Origin: Leptogorgia sarmentosa
Taxonomy: Eukaryota
Length of the DNA: 64,000 nt
Reading direction: 5' to 3'
Assembly (NCBI GenBank): GCA_964658305.1
Contig: OZ210885.1
Span: 24,056,001 to 24,120,000, forward strand
Shown here: positions 1 through 10,323 of the stretch, piece by piece
How the letters are laid out: each line of letters begins with the position of its first letter
Position numbering within the stretch: position 1 is the stretch's first letter
Notes under the pieces: generated by a model
Told to the model about the DNA's origin: nothing
Seen by the model: the letters and a program-made list of their open reading frames with translations, nothing else
The model's database searches: none
Made by a program: the position numbers and the translations under genes

Positions 1-2280
1 GTGAAACGATTATACCATTTATCTTCTGGGTTTTGATGTTTCCTACAGCGTGCATAGTCCCTAATTCAATCACCGTCTCTGGACCTTCGATATCTAACTC
101 GTTGCAAACGCCGTCCGTTATAAAACATGTGTCGCTCTGGTCATCTAGCAAAGCGTACGTCATTATTTTCCTTTCTGGATTGTCCTAGTGACTTATCCAT
201 ACTGGGACTATCAACGACGACGTAGTAACATCATTGCTATCATTGCTATGGCATAATACCACATGGTTTGCCACTCTTTGCCTTTCCTCCTGCGACACTT
301 TGGTCTCTTTCCGCTCTTTGGTTTCGTTCTTGCGCTCGAAATGGAGGATCGTGGCGCGAGGTTTCTTGCAAGTCTGACATCTACTGGATTCTTTGCACTG
401 CTGGGTTCTATAACCTTGACGCAGACACAGAAAGCAAAGTCCCTTTGACTTGGCTATCTCAGAACGTTCCTTTACAGACTTTTTCAGGAAAACTTCACAG
501 TTCTCCAATTTGTGAGGCTTGTCACATACGAGACAGGTGGTAACCCGAATGTTTTTCTCGCTGTCATCAGGTCGTTCGCTGTACTTACTGGTGTTGAATG
601 AGCCAAATCTTCTCTTTGTGTCCGGCTTTCTTTCTTCTGGTTTCTTGTCTTTCAGGATTTCTTTCCTTTTAGATAACAACGCTTCACGTGAGAAAACTGG
701 ATGTGTAGCGTCCCTTGCTGCTCTTTGCAGTCGTTGAAGTCGTACTTTCCTTTCTTTAACTCTATTTCTTTTGAGCTTTGCAACCACTTGTTGCCATAGT
801 AGGATGGGAGCCTTGCAACCAGGTCTTGAATCGCAGAAAAGGTGTCAAAGTCTTCTCCGTTTTCATGGTTTCGTGCAGCGATACGACAAAGTCACTGAAT
901 TTTTGAAGCTCCGAGCCTTTGTTACATGCTGGCCAAGATTTTAGTCTCTCACAGTATGCCTCGTAAATTCTGAATGGGTCCCCAAAACGCTCTTTCAAAA
1001 TCTGCCTCGCTCTCTTATATGCATCTTCGGTTTGTAGCCCCAACAAACCATTAATCATCTTCTGGGCTTGGCCGCTAGTATACTCCCCCAGGTAATATAA
1101 CTTATGCCCAGGGTTGACAGCCTCACTATCAATCAACGCATCAAAGGCTGCGACCCACTTTGGGTAGGACAGAATGTTGCCGCTAAATACTGGTGGTTTG
1201 GGAATAGGCAAAGACATCTTCTTCATCAATGCCACTTGTTGCCTTTGAATCTCAATTGTGTCAACTTGGATTTGCTCTAACAACTTTGTCGATGGTTGCG
1301 ATTCAGATTTTTGGGGTGAATTTGATATGAAGGATGGGGAAGCTGGATTCAAGGGTTTGGGGGTTGAAGGATTTGGAGGGTTAGCAATGTTATTGGGCAC
1401 TCCAGGGCTCTCTTGGTTGTCCTGATCAGGAAGAACAGTTTCTCGGAACTCAGTGGCGTTTTCATGCATGACTGGTTGTGCTGGTGGAGTGTCATTACAG
1501 GGTGATATGGTACCCCCCTAGAGTGTTTGGTGTAGTGCTTCCGCAGCATTGATCTCACCTTGCAAGTGTTCTTGTTCCAGTTTCCTTTCCAGCTCTCTCT
1601 GGTGATTCTTAAGCTCTTCTTGCTGTCTTTCAAGATCTTGCTTTCTCTTCAAACTGAGCATCTTTTCTCTCAAAGCTGCGGCACTTGCAGCTGCTTGTTT
1701 GGATGACGTAGATGAAGCTCTTGAAAGTCTAGACAGCTGACTTCCGCTGCTTCTAGATTTTCGTGAGAGCATTTCGTGCCTCTCTTGTATTAGATCGTTT
1801 ATTTTAGTGCTAGCATCAGCAACACACTCAAGGAAGCTTTCACGTATTTCATCGAAAAACCTGATCCTCGACCCCATTCCGATCACCCCATTCATGGAAG
1901 CGCTTAAAGTCATCCATATCCATAGTTACGCCACCCTTACTAGCTGATAACCTTACAATATCAGTACATTGTTCTCTGAGAAGACTGTCTAAACGACATA
2001 TACCAGATTTTACAGCCATACCTGCTTTTCTTGCCTTTTTTCGTGTGTTTTCTAATTTGATAAGTACGCCCGTTCTCGTACAGCGTCGCACTTGTTGATC
2101 TTCATTTACTAAACTCCCAGAATTCCCTTCGTTTCGTTCAACATTACTCACGGCCGTGCCGTCGACATTTCCTTCGTTTGGCAGGGTACCTTCGGCTCCC
2201 TTTTCCTTCGAATTTTCTTCTACTTCGGTAACTTTTAACCGTACTTCCTCGCTTTCGCTATCTTTCAGCCCTAAGGACAT
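1..2280 (-). pseudogene. gag: BEL/Pao gag-protease, broken by frameshifts and stops
   Basis: ORFs 1849-2280, 1518-1913, 762-1469 and 185-787 are consecutive pieces in different frames. Confidence 0.85.
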
Positions 2281-2374
2281 TTTATATCTCCTTAGAAATC
2301 ACAAATATCATAGATCGTGTCATACTCACGTGTAAATACTCTGCGTAAATACTTCGCTTTGTCTCGCTGTTTAC

Positions 2375-2625
2375 TGTAATTGTTCTCAAAATAAATCAAA
2401 ATAAATCATTCTCTTTCGTATGTGTTAATAGCCGAGTAAACAACGGTTTCGACTCGGCGTCTTTTATTACATGAATTTCAACCTTGTACTTTTATGCGTG
2501 ACTTTACAACTCATGCATGTTTCTTGTTCGTTCGTATTTCAACAAAAAAGGTTCGTGAAAACGACCCTTTCCGACAACTAACGAAATGTACAACTCGCGT
2601 GTCCTCACACAAACGAGCACTTACA
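2375..2625 (-). repeat. Putative 5' LTR of BEL element 1 (251 bp)
   Basis: Bounded by the inverted termini TGTAA...TTACA, about 95 bp upstream of the gag ATG at 2280. The partner LTR is not in the window. Confidence 0.7.
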
Positions 2626-3408
2626 CCTGGGTACGAGGTTGGAATCCACCCACAATATTATAATCAATGAAGAGAAACTAAGAAAAACAGACAACGGAAT
2701 TGATAGTTTACCCCTGTGTCTGGCCATGTTGCCGCTACCAGTTCTACTTCACAACCTGTTGATATTGTCTCAATGGTAAATTCGAAGAGGGAAACCCCAC
2801 CTACAAGTGAACAGATTTTGAGTACAAGCATCGTGCCATGAAGCTCTAGTACCGTTGTAGGTACAGTTAACGACCCCAATGTTGCAATAGTGAGCAGTCG
2901 TGTTTGGAGGAAACCAGCTGTTGTGGAGCATGTGGCGATGCATCTCGACAGACCAATAGAGAGTTTACGTCTTCCCGCCTTACACGATGCTATTTTGAGC
3001 ATTTTACGTTGGGATGACGATGTAGCTTGTTTCAAGGTTAGTTTTTGCTTTTTGCTTTTTGCTTTCTAAATATCTCATTCGGTAAGTAAAATATTTTGTC
3101 TATTTGTCTGCCTGATATAAATTTGCCAATGTTTTGCATTTGCTTCAGCCTATATTGTGTCCATATTCTTTGTATAGTGTCATGGCCATGTTCAAACAAG
3201 CTATGGAGTCAAAAGCCATAGAAAGCAGTTCAGAAACCCAGCAAAGCCAAGAGGGCTCCAAAGTATGTAAATTTTATTATTTGATCCTTTGTTATCATAA
3301 CAATGCAGTGTACTTAATCTAGAAAATGACATTACATATTTTCCCTGTTAAAGCTTGTAAAACTTCGATTATTATCTCATTTAAAAGTAAAAGTATTAAG
3401 GTTGCCAG

Positions 3409-3630
3409 CATAGGCGTACAAGGCAGAGGGCTGGCGGGGCGTACCTGTACTAGGCAGGGGGCTAGGGGACCTGAAATTCTGATATTTGGCAATGAATTAT
3501 TTTCAATTAGTTAAAATACTGATAATTAGTTGGGCAATGTTTTTTTGGTTGCTCAAAATGTGGGCGACCATTTTTTTTGGTTGCTCAACTTTTTACTCAT
3601 CCCTAAAATTTCTAATCCTGTATGCCTATG
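3409..3630. mobile_element. hAT-type MITE
   Basis: TIRs CATAGGCGTACA / TGTATGCCTATG; 8-bp TSD GTTGCCAG / GTTGCCAA (7/8). Confidence 0.8.
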
Positions 3631-3767
3631 GTTGCCAATAGCATTAAACAATTATCATCAGTGTTTCTCCTACACATTTTGTTGCATAGTAAACTAGCCA
3701 GTACTGATATTGAGGTTCAACTTAAAAATTTACAAAGAAAAAATATAAATAAATTGTTAGTACTCAC

Positions 3768-4100
3768 CTCTGTTATTCCGGGTAATAATGGATCAAGATC
3801 TAGATCTCGTTGCAATGGTCTAATTGGCCAATGCAATGTCGTCTTTTAAGTGAAAAACATATCCTGCTGTTTGCTGTGGATGGAGAATTTCTAATTGTTA
3901 AGTAGTGTGCAGAAGTTCATAGCCTCCCCCATCACGAAGTCTTGGGAAATTCTCCAAAAGGGTTTCATGGAAGTATCAACAGGAACTGTTTTTCTTAAAA
4001 ACAATTTTCTTTTCCCCTAGGCCTGCAGTTCCAAGTTGCTTTTTGTAAATTTGATTTGGAGTCTCTCTGTCAATTGTTTTCCCAAGGTAAACAAAGATAT
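3768..4100 (-). pseudogene. Decayed exon paralogous to the N-terminal exon of the HECT gene at 63377-64000 (3' part; 5' part at 5963-6015)
   Basis: Manual translation FVYLGKTIDRETP..AGLGEKKIVFKK..FHETLLENFPRLRDGGGYELL..IRPLQRDLDL, ending at a GTGAGT donor; two stops and one frameshift. Confidence 0.75.
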
Positions 4101-5962
4101 AAGACAAGTCCCTCTTGTATTATGTCAGACAGTGTCTGCTATTCTGAAGCAATTTCAATAGCACAGTTTTTGAATTCATATTTCTGTTCTTTTGCAAGTA
4201 AGTTAGCTGAGCACTTTACATCCATTGTGGGCAAAGACAATGCTTCAACAGTATTGCAATCAAATGATAGTATTCAGAATCCCGAAGGATTTTCTTTTGA
4301 TTGTGTGACTACTGAATATGTTGAACATCAATTGTCTACTCTCCGAACAACTAAGGCCACTGGATTAGATCGTATAAGTGCCCGTTTGCTGAGAGATGCT
4401 TCACCAGTTATAGCATCATGTTTGGCAAAAATTTTCAATTGCTCTCTTTCCACCGGGACTTTTCCCAGTTTATGGAAAATTGGGCGAATTACTGCATTGC
4501 ACAAGCAGAGAGACCGGACTGACATGAGTAATTATAGACCCATTACAATACCTCCTACAATCAGCGAGATACTCGAACGTGTAGTACATCACCAACTTTA
4601 CTATTACCTTAATGAGAAGAGCGTCCTTGCGAAAGAACAGCATGGTTTCCGGGCTAGAAGAGCAACTGACACTGCCCTTATTCATTTTACAGATAAAATC
4701 TTGGCTTCCATGGACTCGGGTCAGGTCACAGGTGTTGTTTTCCTTGACCTGAGTAAGGCCTTTGACACCGTTAACCACGAATTGCTTCTCAGAAAATTGT
4801 CACGCTTAGGACTTTCTGATAATTCTGTATCTTGGTTCAGTCTTATCTATCTAATCGATCGGCTATTACTGTAGTCGAAAATAAAAGGTCTTCCATGATG
4901 AATATTCCGATTGGTGTACCCCAGATAAGTATCTTGGGACCTCTCCTATTCGTTTTATATATGAATGATCTACCACAATGTCTTAAATCTTGTAAAGTGA
5001 TGTTATATGCCGATGATACTGTTTTATACTATTCATCAGAGATGGTTAGTGATGTTGAAACTAAACTTAACGAAGAACTGGAAAATATAACAGTTTGGTT
5101 CAATGATAATTTTTTAACGTTGAATGCTGAGAAGTCGAAGTTTGTTTTGATTGGTAGCTCACGCAAACTCAAGTTCTGTGATGGTATCAAGGTGACGGTA
5201 CAAGGTCATCAAATAAATCAATCCGAGACGGCCAAGTACTTGGGTATTACGATTAATGAAAATTTAACATGGACGGAGCACGTCAAAATCATGAGTGCAA
5301 AGATAAATCAACATATTGGCATACTAAAGCGTTTACGGCTCATTCTTTCTAAGGAGGAACTCATTACTGTGTATAACTCAATCATATTACCCCTTTTTGA
5401 CTATGCGGATTTGGTTTGGGGGGATAGAAACAACAAAGTTCTGATGGATGATTTACAAATTTTGCAAAACAAGGCCGCAAAGGTCATACTGGGATTACCA
5501 TGCACACACTCGACTACTGATGCCCTTCAGAAATTAAATTGGGTAAAACTAAATACAAGACGTCAACAACATCGTTGCATTGCCATTCATAAGTGCCATC
5601 ATGGCACTATGGACACAGAATTAATACTGATTCAGAACTGCAACCGCCATAATTACTCCACTTGTCGGAATGCAAACCTTAATCTTCCAAAAGTTAAAAC
5701 AGAACTTTATATATCAGGCAGCGAAGGATTGGAATGACTTAGATAATGACATTAAGAATATAGCTAATTTTAATGTTTTTAAAGGAGAACTTTTCTCATT
5801 TTCATAACATTTTACTATTTAGTTTAGCACCTCTTTGTATAACTTAGGATAGTTTTCTTACACATATCCATATGTATAATAATGTATTTTGTGGTGAGGG
5901 GTTCATTGAAAAGCATCTTATGATGAATGAATTTCCCTCAATAAAATATTATTATCATTATC
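4101..5962 (+). mobile_element. 5'-truncated CR1/L2-group LINE (RT only, frameshift near 4838)
   Basis: Motifs KATGLDRIS, NYRPI, QHGFR, DLSKAFDTV, GVPQ..LGPLLF, YADD; AATAAA and (TTA/TCA)n tail; ATAT on both flanks. Confidence 0.92.
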
Positions 5963-6015
5963 ATATGTGTCCAAGTATTGGGAAGTCTTAATGTCGTTTG
6001 ATGCTTCCGTTCCCT
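5963..6015 (-). pseudogene. 5' part of the exon interrupted by the LINE at 4101-5962
   Basis: Removing the LINE joins ACT TGG ACA CAT ATC TTT GTT TAC CTT = (N)TWTHIFVYL, matching NTWSRTFVCL near 63740. Confidence 0.7.
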
Positions 6016-7068
6016 TTCATTTCTTTCTCAAAACTAGTATTAATTACATGCTGATATTTAAAATATATACAATACTATATGGTATTTACAAGGTTAAAAA
6101 CTACAACTATAAATAAGATCACTGTAAAAGTTAATAATATTTGCTAATAGATCTAGATTCTAAAATGATGTAAAAGTTGTTGGTCTTTGAGAATGTTACT
6201 CCGCAAATTGTTCTTCAAGCAGTTTAACGAACCAGCCTTTCTGATATTTAAAGGGATATTGTTCCACAGTCTAGTTGCAGTAACTAGAAATGTGCGTCCA
6301 CCCTCCATTTCCCTCTCATATCTAGGGCAAATGGCATTAAAATTAGCATAATGTGTGTTAGGCGAATTGCGTACATTATTCAAAATAATGCAATCGCCAA
6401 GATAGCTAGGTAAGTTATTATGTATGCGTTTATAAAAAAATGCACATTTATCAATTTTACATTGCTCGTAAAAAGGAATCCATGATAATTCATTAAATAG
6501 AGCTACTGAAGGTGCCTGGCGATCTGCAAACATGACTGTTCTGGCAGCCCGTTTCTGAAGTTTTAAAATTCTATTCAGTTAGATCTTATTGCAAGTACAC
6601 CAGATGGTGCTGGCATAACTCATAACTGGCCGGATGATGCATTGTAATATTGTAGGCATTGGTTAAGTGGCAGGTAGACCCGAATTTTCCTCAATACGGC
6701 TATGTGAGAAGCTAGTTTCTTGCACACTTTTTCGATCTGATCATCAAATGATAGTAACTTGTCAATATCAAGACCCAATAAGGGTGCACTATAGACATTA
6801 TCGAGAATCTTGTTATTTAGCGTAACGTTCAGCTTTTCGTCAGTCCTGGGTGCAAGCCTTTTTCCCGTAATCAGCAGAACCTTGGTCTTGGACTCATTAA
6901 TCGAAAGCTTATTTGCGTTTGCCCAAAGCTGTACTTCATTAACAGAACTGTTTAGTGAAAGGTCTAAATTTGATATGTTACTGAAGTCGGACAAATCCAT
7001 GATTGTAGTGTCATCTGCGTAAAGATCAAGTTGAGAAGTTACATGTAGTGGTAGATCATTGATAAATA

Positions 7069-7282
7069 CAGTACTGTGCAAAAGTTATAGGCACCTCGTG
7101 AAAAAGCATTTGACGCTATCTTATTGTAAACTTATACGATTATAAGTTAATTATAACTTATTATAGACCGTGAACGAGAAAAAAAGACTAAATGGCAATT
7201 ATAACTTATATGATTATAAGTTTACAATAAGATGGCATCAAATGCTTTTTCACGAGGTGCCTATAACTTTTGCACAGTACTG
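7069..7282. mobile_element. Tc1/mariner-type MITE inside the LINE RT
   Basis: Long near-perfect TIRs starting CAGTACTGTGCAAAAGTTATAGGCACCTCGTG; TA TSD; excision restores PLFFILFINDLP. Confidence 0.93.
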
Positions 7283-9375
7283 TAATATGAAGAACAACGG
7301 ACCCAGAATATTGCCTTGAGGGACCCCATATTTCATAACTACCTCACTTGACAATTTTCCACCCAAACGAACAACTTGCTTCCTATTTAGTAAGTAAGAC
7401 TGACACCATTGCAGTTCATGGTTAACAATACCATAGACCTAATTTCTGTAACAAAAGTTCATGGTCAACCATATCAAACGCTTTACGGTAGTCAATCAGT
7501 ACCATACAGTATACCTTATCGTTGTCCAGGTTAGATAAGAGTTCATCGATGATCTTAATAAGTACTATGACCTCTCTGAAAACCAGATTGTCTGGTGTAT
7601 ATAAGGTTGTTTTCGTTGAGGGAAGCATATAGTGAGTCGTGAAAATGATGCTCGATGACCTTGGACAGTATCGGCAAAACTGAAATCGGGCGATAGTTAC
7701 TCGGGTCACATTCAAGTACCTTTCTTGTATAAGGGTGTAACCATGGCTGTTTTCCAACGCGAAGGAAACTTGCCTGTGGAGAGCAACAGAATGATTACTC
7801 GAGTAATACTTGGAGCAATAACTGGTGCAACAATACGTAAAAGACGAGCGCTAATTTTGTCAATTCCTTTGCTAATTTTGTCAAGCTTTGTGAGGATTAA
7901 TCTTCATGATGGTCTTAATGACCTAAGAAATAGTTATAACTGGAACAGAGAAATTAACTTCCGGATTATTTTTCCGTGATTTAACAAAATTGACTAATTT
8001 AGACAGGTCAAATGGGACAGTGAAGAGATGACATCTTATTTTTTCTGCAACTGTAGAAAAATAGGTGTTGAATTGTTCTGCCATTTCAGTTTTATCATCC
8101 ACCTCACAACCATCAATTTTTAGATTTTTAATTTGTCTAATATTGTTTTTTGCACCCGTCAAAGTTTTTGATTTCCAAATGGCCCTTGTATTATTCTTAT
8201 TTTCCTCGAACGAGTTATTATAAAATTTTCACTTGGCTGACCTCAGAATTGAGACAGCCTTGTTTCTAGCCACACTGTAATTTGCCCAGTCATCCGAATT
8301 ATGCGTACGTCTTGCAGCCTTCAGTAAGTGATCCAGAATATGGAGCTGTTTAATTACTGTTTTTGTCATCCACGGTGCTTGAGTATTTTGTTTAACATGT
8401 TTTTCACACCAAGGACAATGGGAATCAATGGCGCAGTTTAGTGTTTGTTCCCAAATATTACCAACATCATCAATGTCCCAGGGAGCTTGTTTGCAGCGTT
8501 TCTTTTAACTGATTTTCGTCAAGACGCTTCATGTCACGGTATGTAATTCGAGACCCTTTTGAGTGGGTTCCTCCCTTGGGATTTTGACGAGCATACTTTC
8601 GAACAGCAAAAACGGGCAAGTGATCAGAGAGGCCAATATTATGACTAGTCGCCAATTTGATTCTTTGAGGTTGATTACAGTATAAGTGATAAAGACATGT
8701 CTTGCTGACAGGGCATGTTATAAAATCTGCAAGTTGTTTGAAATGCATACTTTTAAGTCCCTTTACAAGCATATGTTTTTCGTAATTTGACTTACTTCTG
8801 TAATCGATGTTAATATCAGAAACGATTATAATCTCTTTGTTCAACAAGTGAATCCTTTCAATATTCGCTTCTATATTTATATCATCGGCTTGTTTAGATG
8901 ATGGTGGTCGATAAATACTCCCCAAGGTAATCGATCTTTTAGATTTAAAGGGATGAACTTCAAGCCAAATTGCTTCAGCATCATGACATTCTAGATCAGT
9001 TCTGCGTTTCCCTGTCAAGTCATTACTTATAAAAGCCATAATCCCTCCGCCACCTTTCAATAGCCTTTCTCTTCAGAAAATAGAAAAACCATTTACCATG
9101 TATAGTGAGTCTGCCACACTTGAATTAAGAAATGTTTCGCTTAGAAATAATACATCCAGTTGCGACTTGCCAGGGCTTGACTTACCGAGTAAATATAGCT
9201 TTATCTGTTCGAATTTTTCTGTTGTAAGGTAATTGACATTCCAGTGCCCAATACGCAAACCTTTATCGCCCAATCCAAGATTAAAGTACTTCGTAGAATA
9301 GTCCCTCTCGCTGTCAGAAATTCCTGAGCCCGGCATCATAGATTCGTTACTCGAGAAAGTTACATTCAAGTTCAC

Positions 9376-9414
9376 AGGTCCCAGGTTCAAAGCAATATCA
9401 CCACTCAAGAGCAT
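9376..9414 (-). other. Degenerate 2A-like (StopGo) peptide upstream of the APE domain
   Basis: MLLSGDIALNLGP versus consensus D(V/I)ExNPG/P. Confidence 0.65.
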
Positions 9415-9747
9415 AATATTAGTCGATAAGGCAATCTTCAATACAGACATTCCCATCATTAACTTTTTGCTTGCGGGAATCAAAGGCTGCGAAGTGATAG
9501 TGGTGGAATTTCTTCAACTTTTAACTTCAGGAATGGCCACAGAAGGAGAAGATAACTCCAGCAACCACGAAACCTTCCAGGCTTGTCCGGGCGTTGTTAG
9601 CTTGAAGGTTTAATGTGTTTTGATATACATCATTAAACATAAGAGAAAAAACAAGAAAAATTGTAACGACACGGCAGAGCTTTAACCAGCACGCCGCCAT
9701 CTTTGTGATGGATGATGTTATGCAATATGGGGGGCTGTGCTGTATAT

Positions 9748-9990
9748 AGGGGCTGTTCATATGAGCCGGGCTGGCTCACTTCTGCTGAGATCCCGCTTCA
9801 TACGTTTTCACATGTTTTTGAGATTGCATTCACATGGGAACAGGGCCAGCCTGCTTTGCCGGGATCCTGCTTGAGTGCGACGAGATCCCAGCTTTGCCGG
9901 GATCCTGCTTGAGCGCGGCGATATCCCAGCTTTGCTGGGCTCATGTGAATGCAATTAGCAGGCCAGCCCGCCAAGTCGGGATGAAAGTCG
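9748..9990. repeat. MITE-like repeat fragment with internal 38-bp tandem repeats
   Basis: Starts AGGGGCTGTTCATATGAGCC; CTTTGCCGGGATCCTGCTTGAG..GA.ATCCCAG repeated about 2.5 times; partial inverted GGCTCATGTGAA. Confidence 0.45.
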
Positions 9991-10077
9991 TGTTACAGCA
10001 CATGTTCATTCGCCAGTAATAACATGATTGTAATGTAAAGACAAACATTATAATACGATTCTTCATTTTTGCCCCTA

Positions 10078-10323
10078 CCCAGTGGGCAAAATGACGTCAC
10101 CCGAGACGTTGTTTAGAGGTAGATTAATAGTTGAAAATGCAAATTGAATCAACGTTTTTTCTTGACATTGAAACAACAACCATCAGTAGACGTCATTAGA
10201 TTAACGTTTGTACAACGTCTCATTTAAACATTGCTTAGACGTTGAATAAGAGTTGAAAATGCAAATTGTCAACGTTTATTTCTTGGCATTGAAATAACAT
10301 TGAAATATCAACCTTGACATTAA
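10078..10323. repeat. Possible left end of a non-autonomous CACTA-like element, hit by the hAT
   Basis: TA|CCCAGTGGGCA start and duplicated AGTTGAAAATGCAAATTG..TCAACGTTT subrepeats; no right end found. Confidence 0.35.

Larger units (their letters stand above)
1..2625 (-). mobile_element. BEL/Pao LTR retrotransposon 1, 5' part (runs off the window), degraded
   Basis: Gag fragments (PPVFSGNILSYPKW, CLVC..H..C and CFLC zinc knuckles), protease-like YALLDDQSDTCF near 120-160, and an LTR at 2375-2625. Confidence 0.88.
6035..9727 (-). mobile_element. Near full-length, degraded CR1/L2-group (Crack/Daphne-like) LINE with APE endonuclease and RT
   Basis: APE motifs GHWNV, LSETF, GGGG, YRPP, SDH; RT motifs DYRKAFDMVDH, YADD; many stops and frameshifts. 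Ends are approximate. Confidence 0.9.

Noticed and set aside
2664..3035. Minus-strand ORF as a HECT fragment
   Set aside because: Only vague VRRED and GGVS resemblances in different frames.
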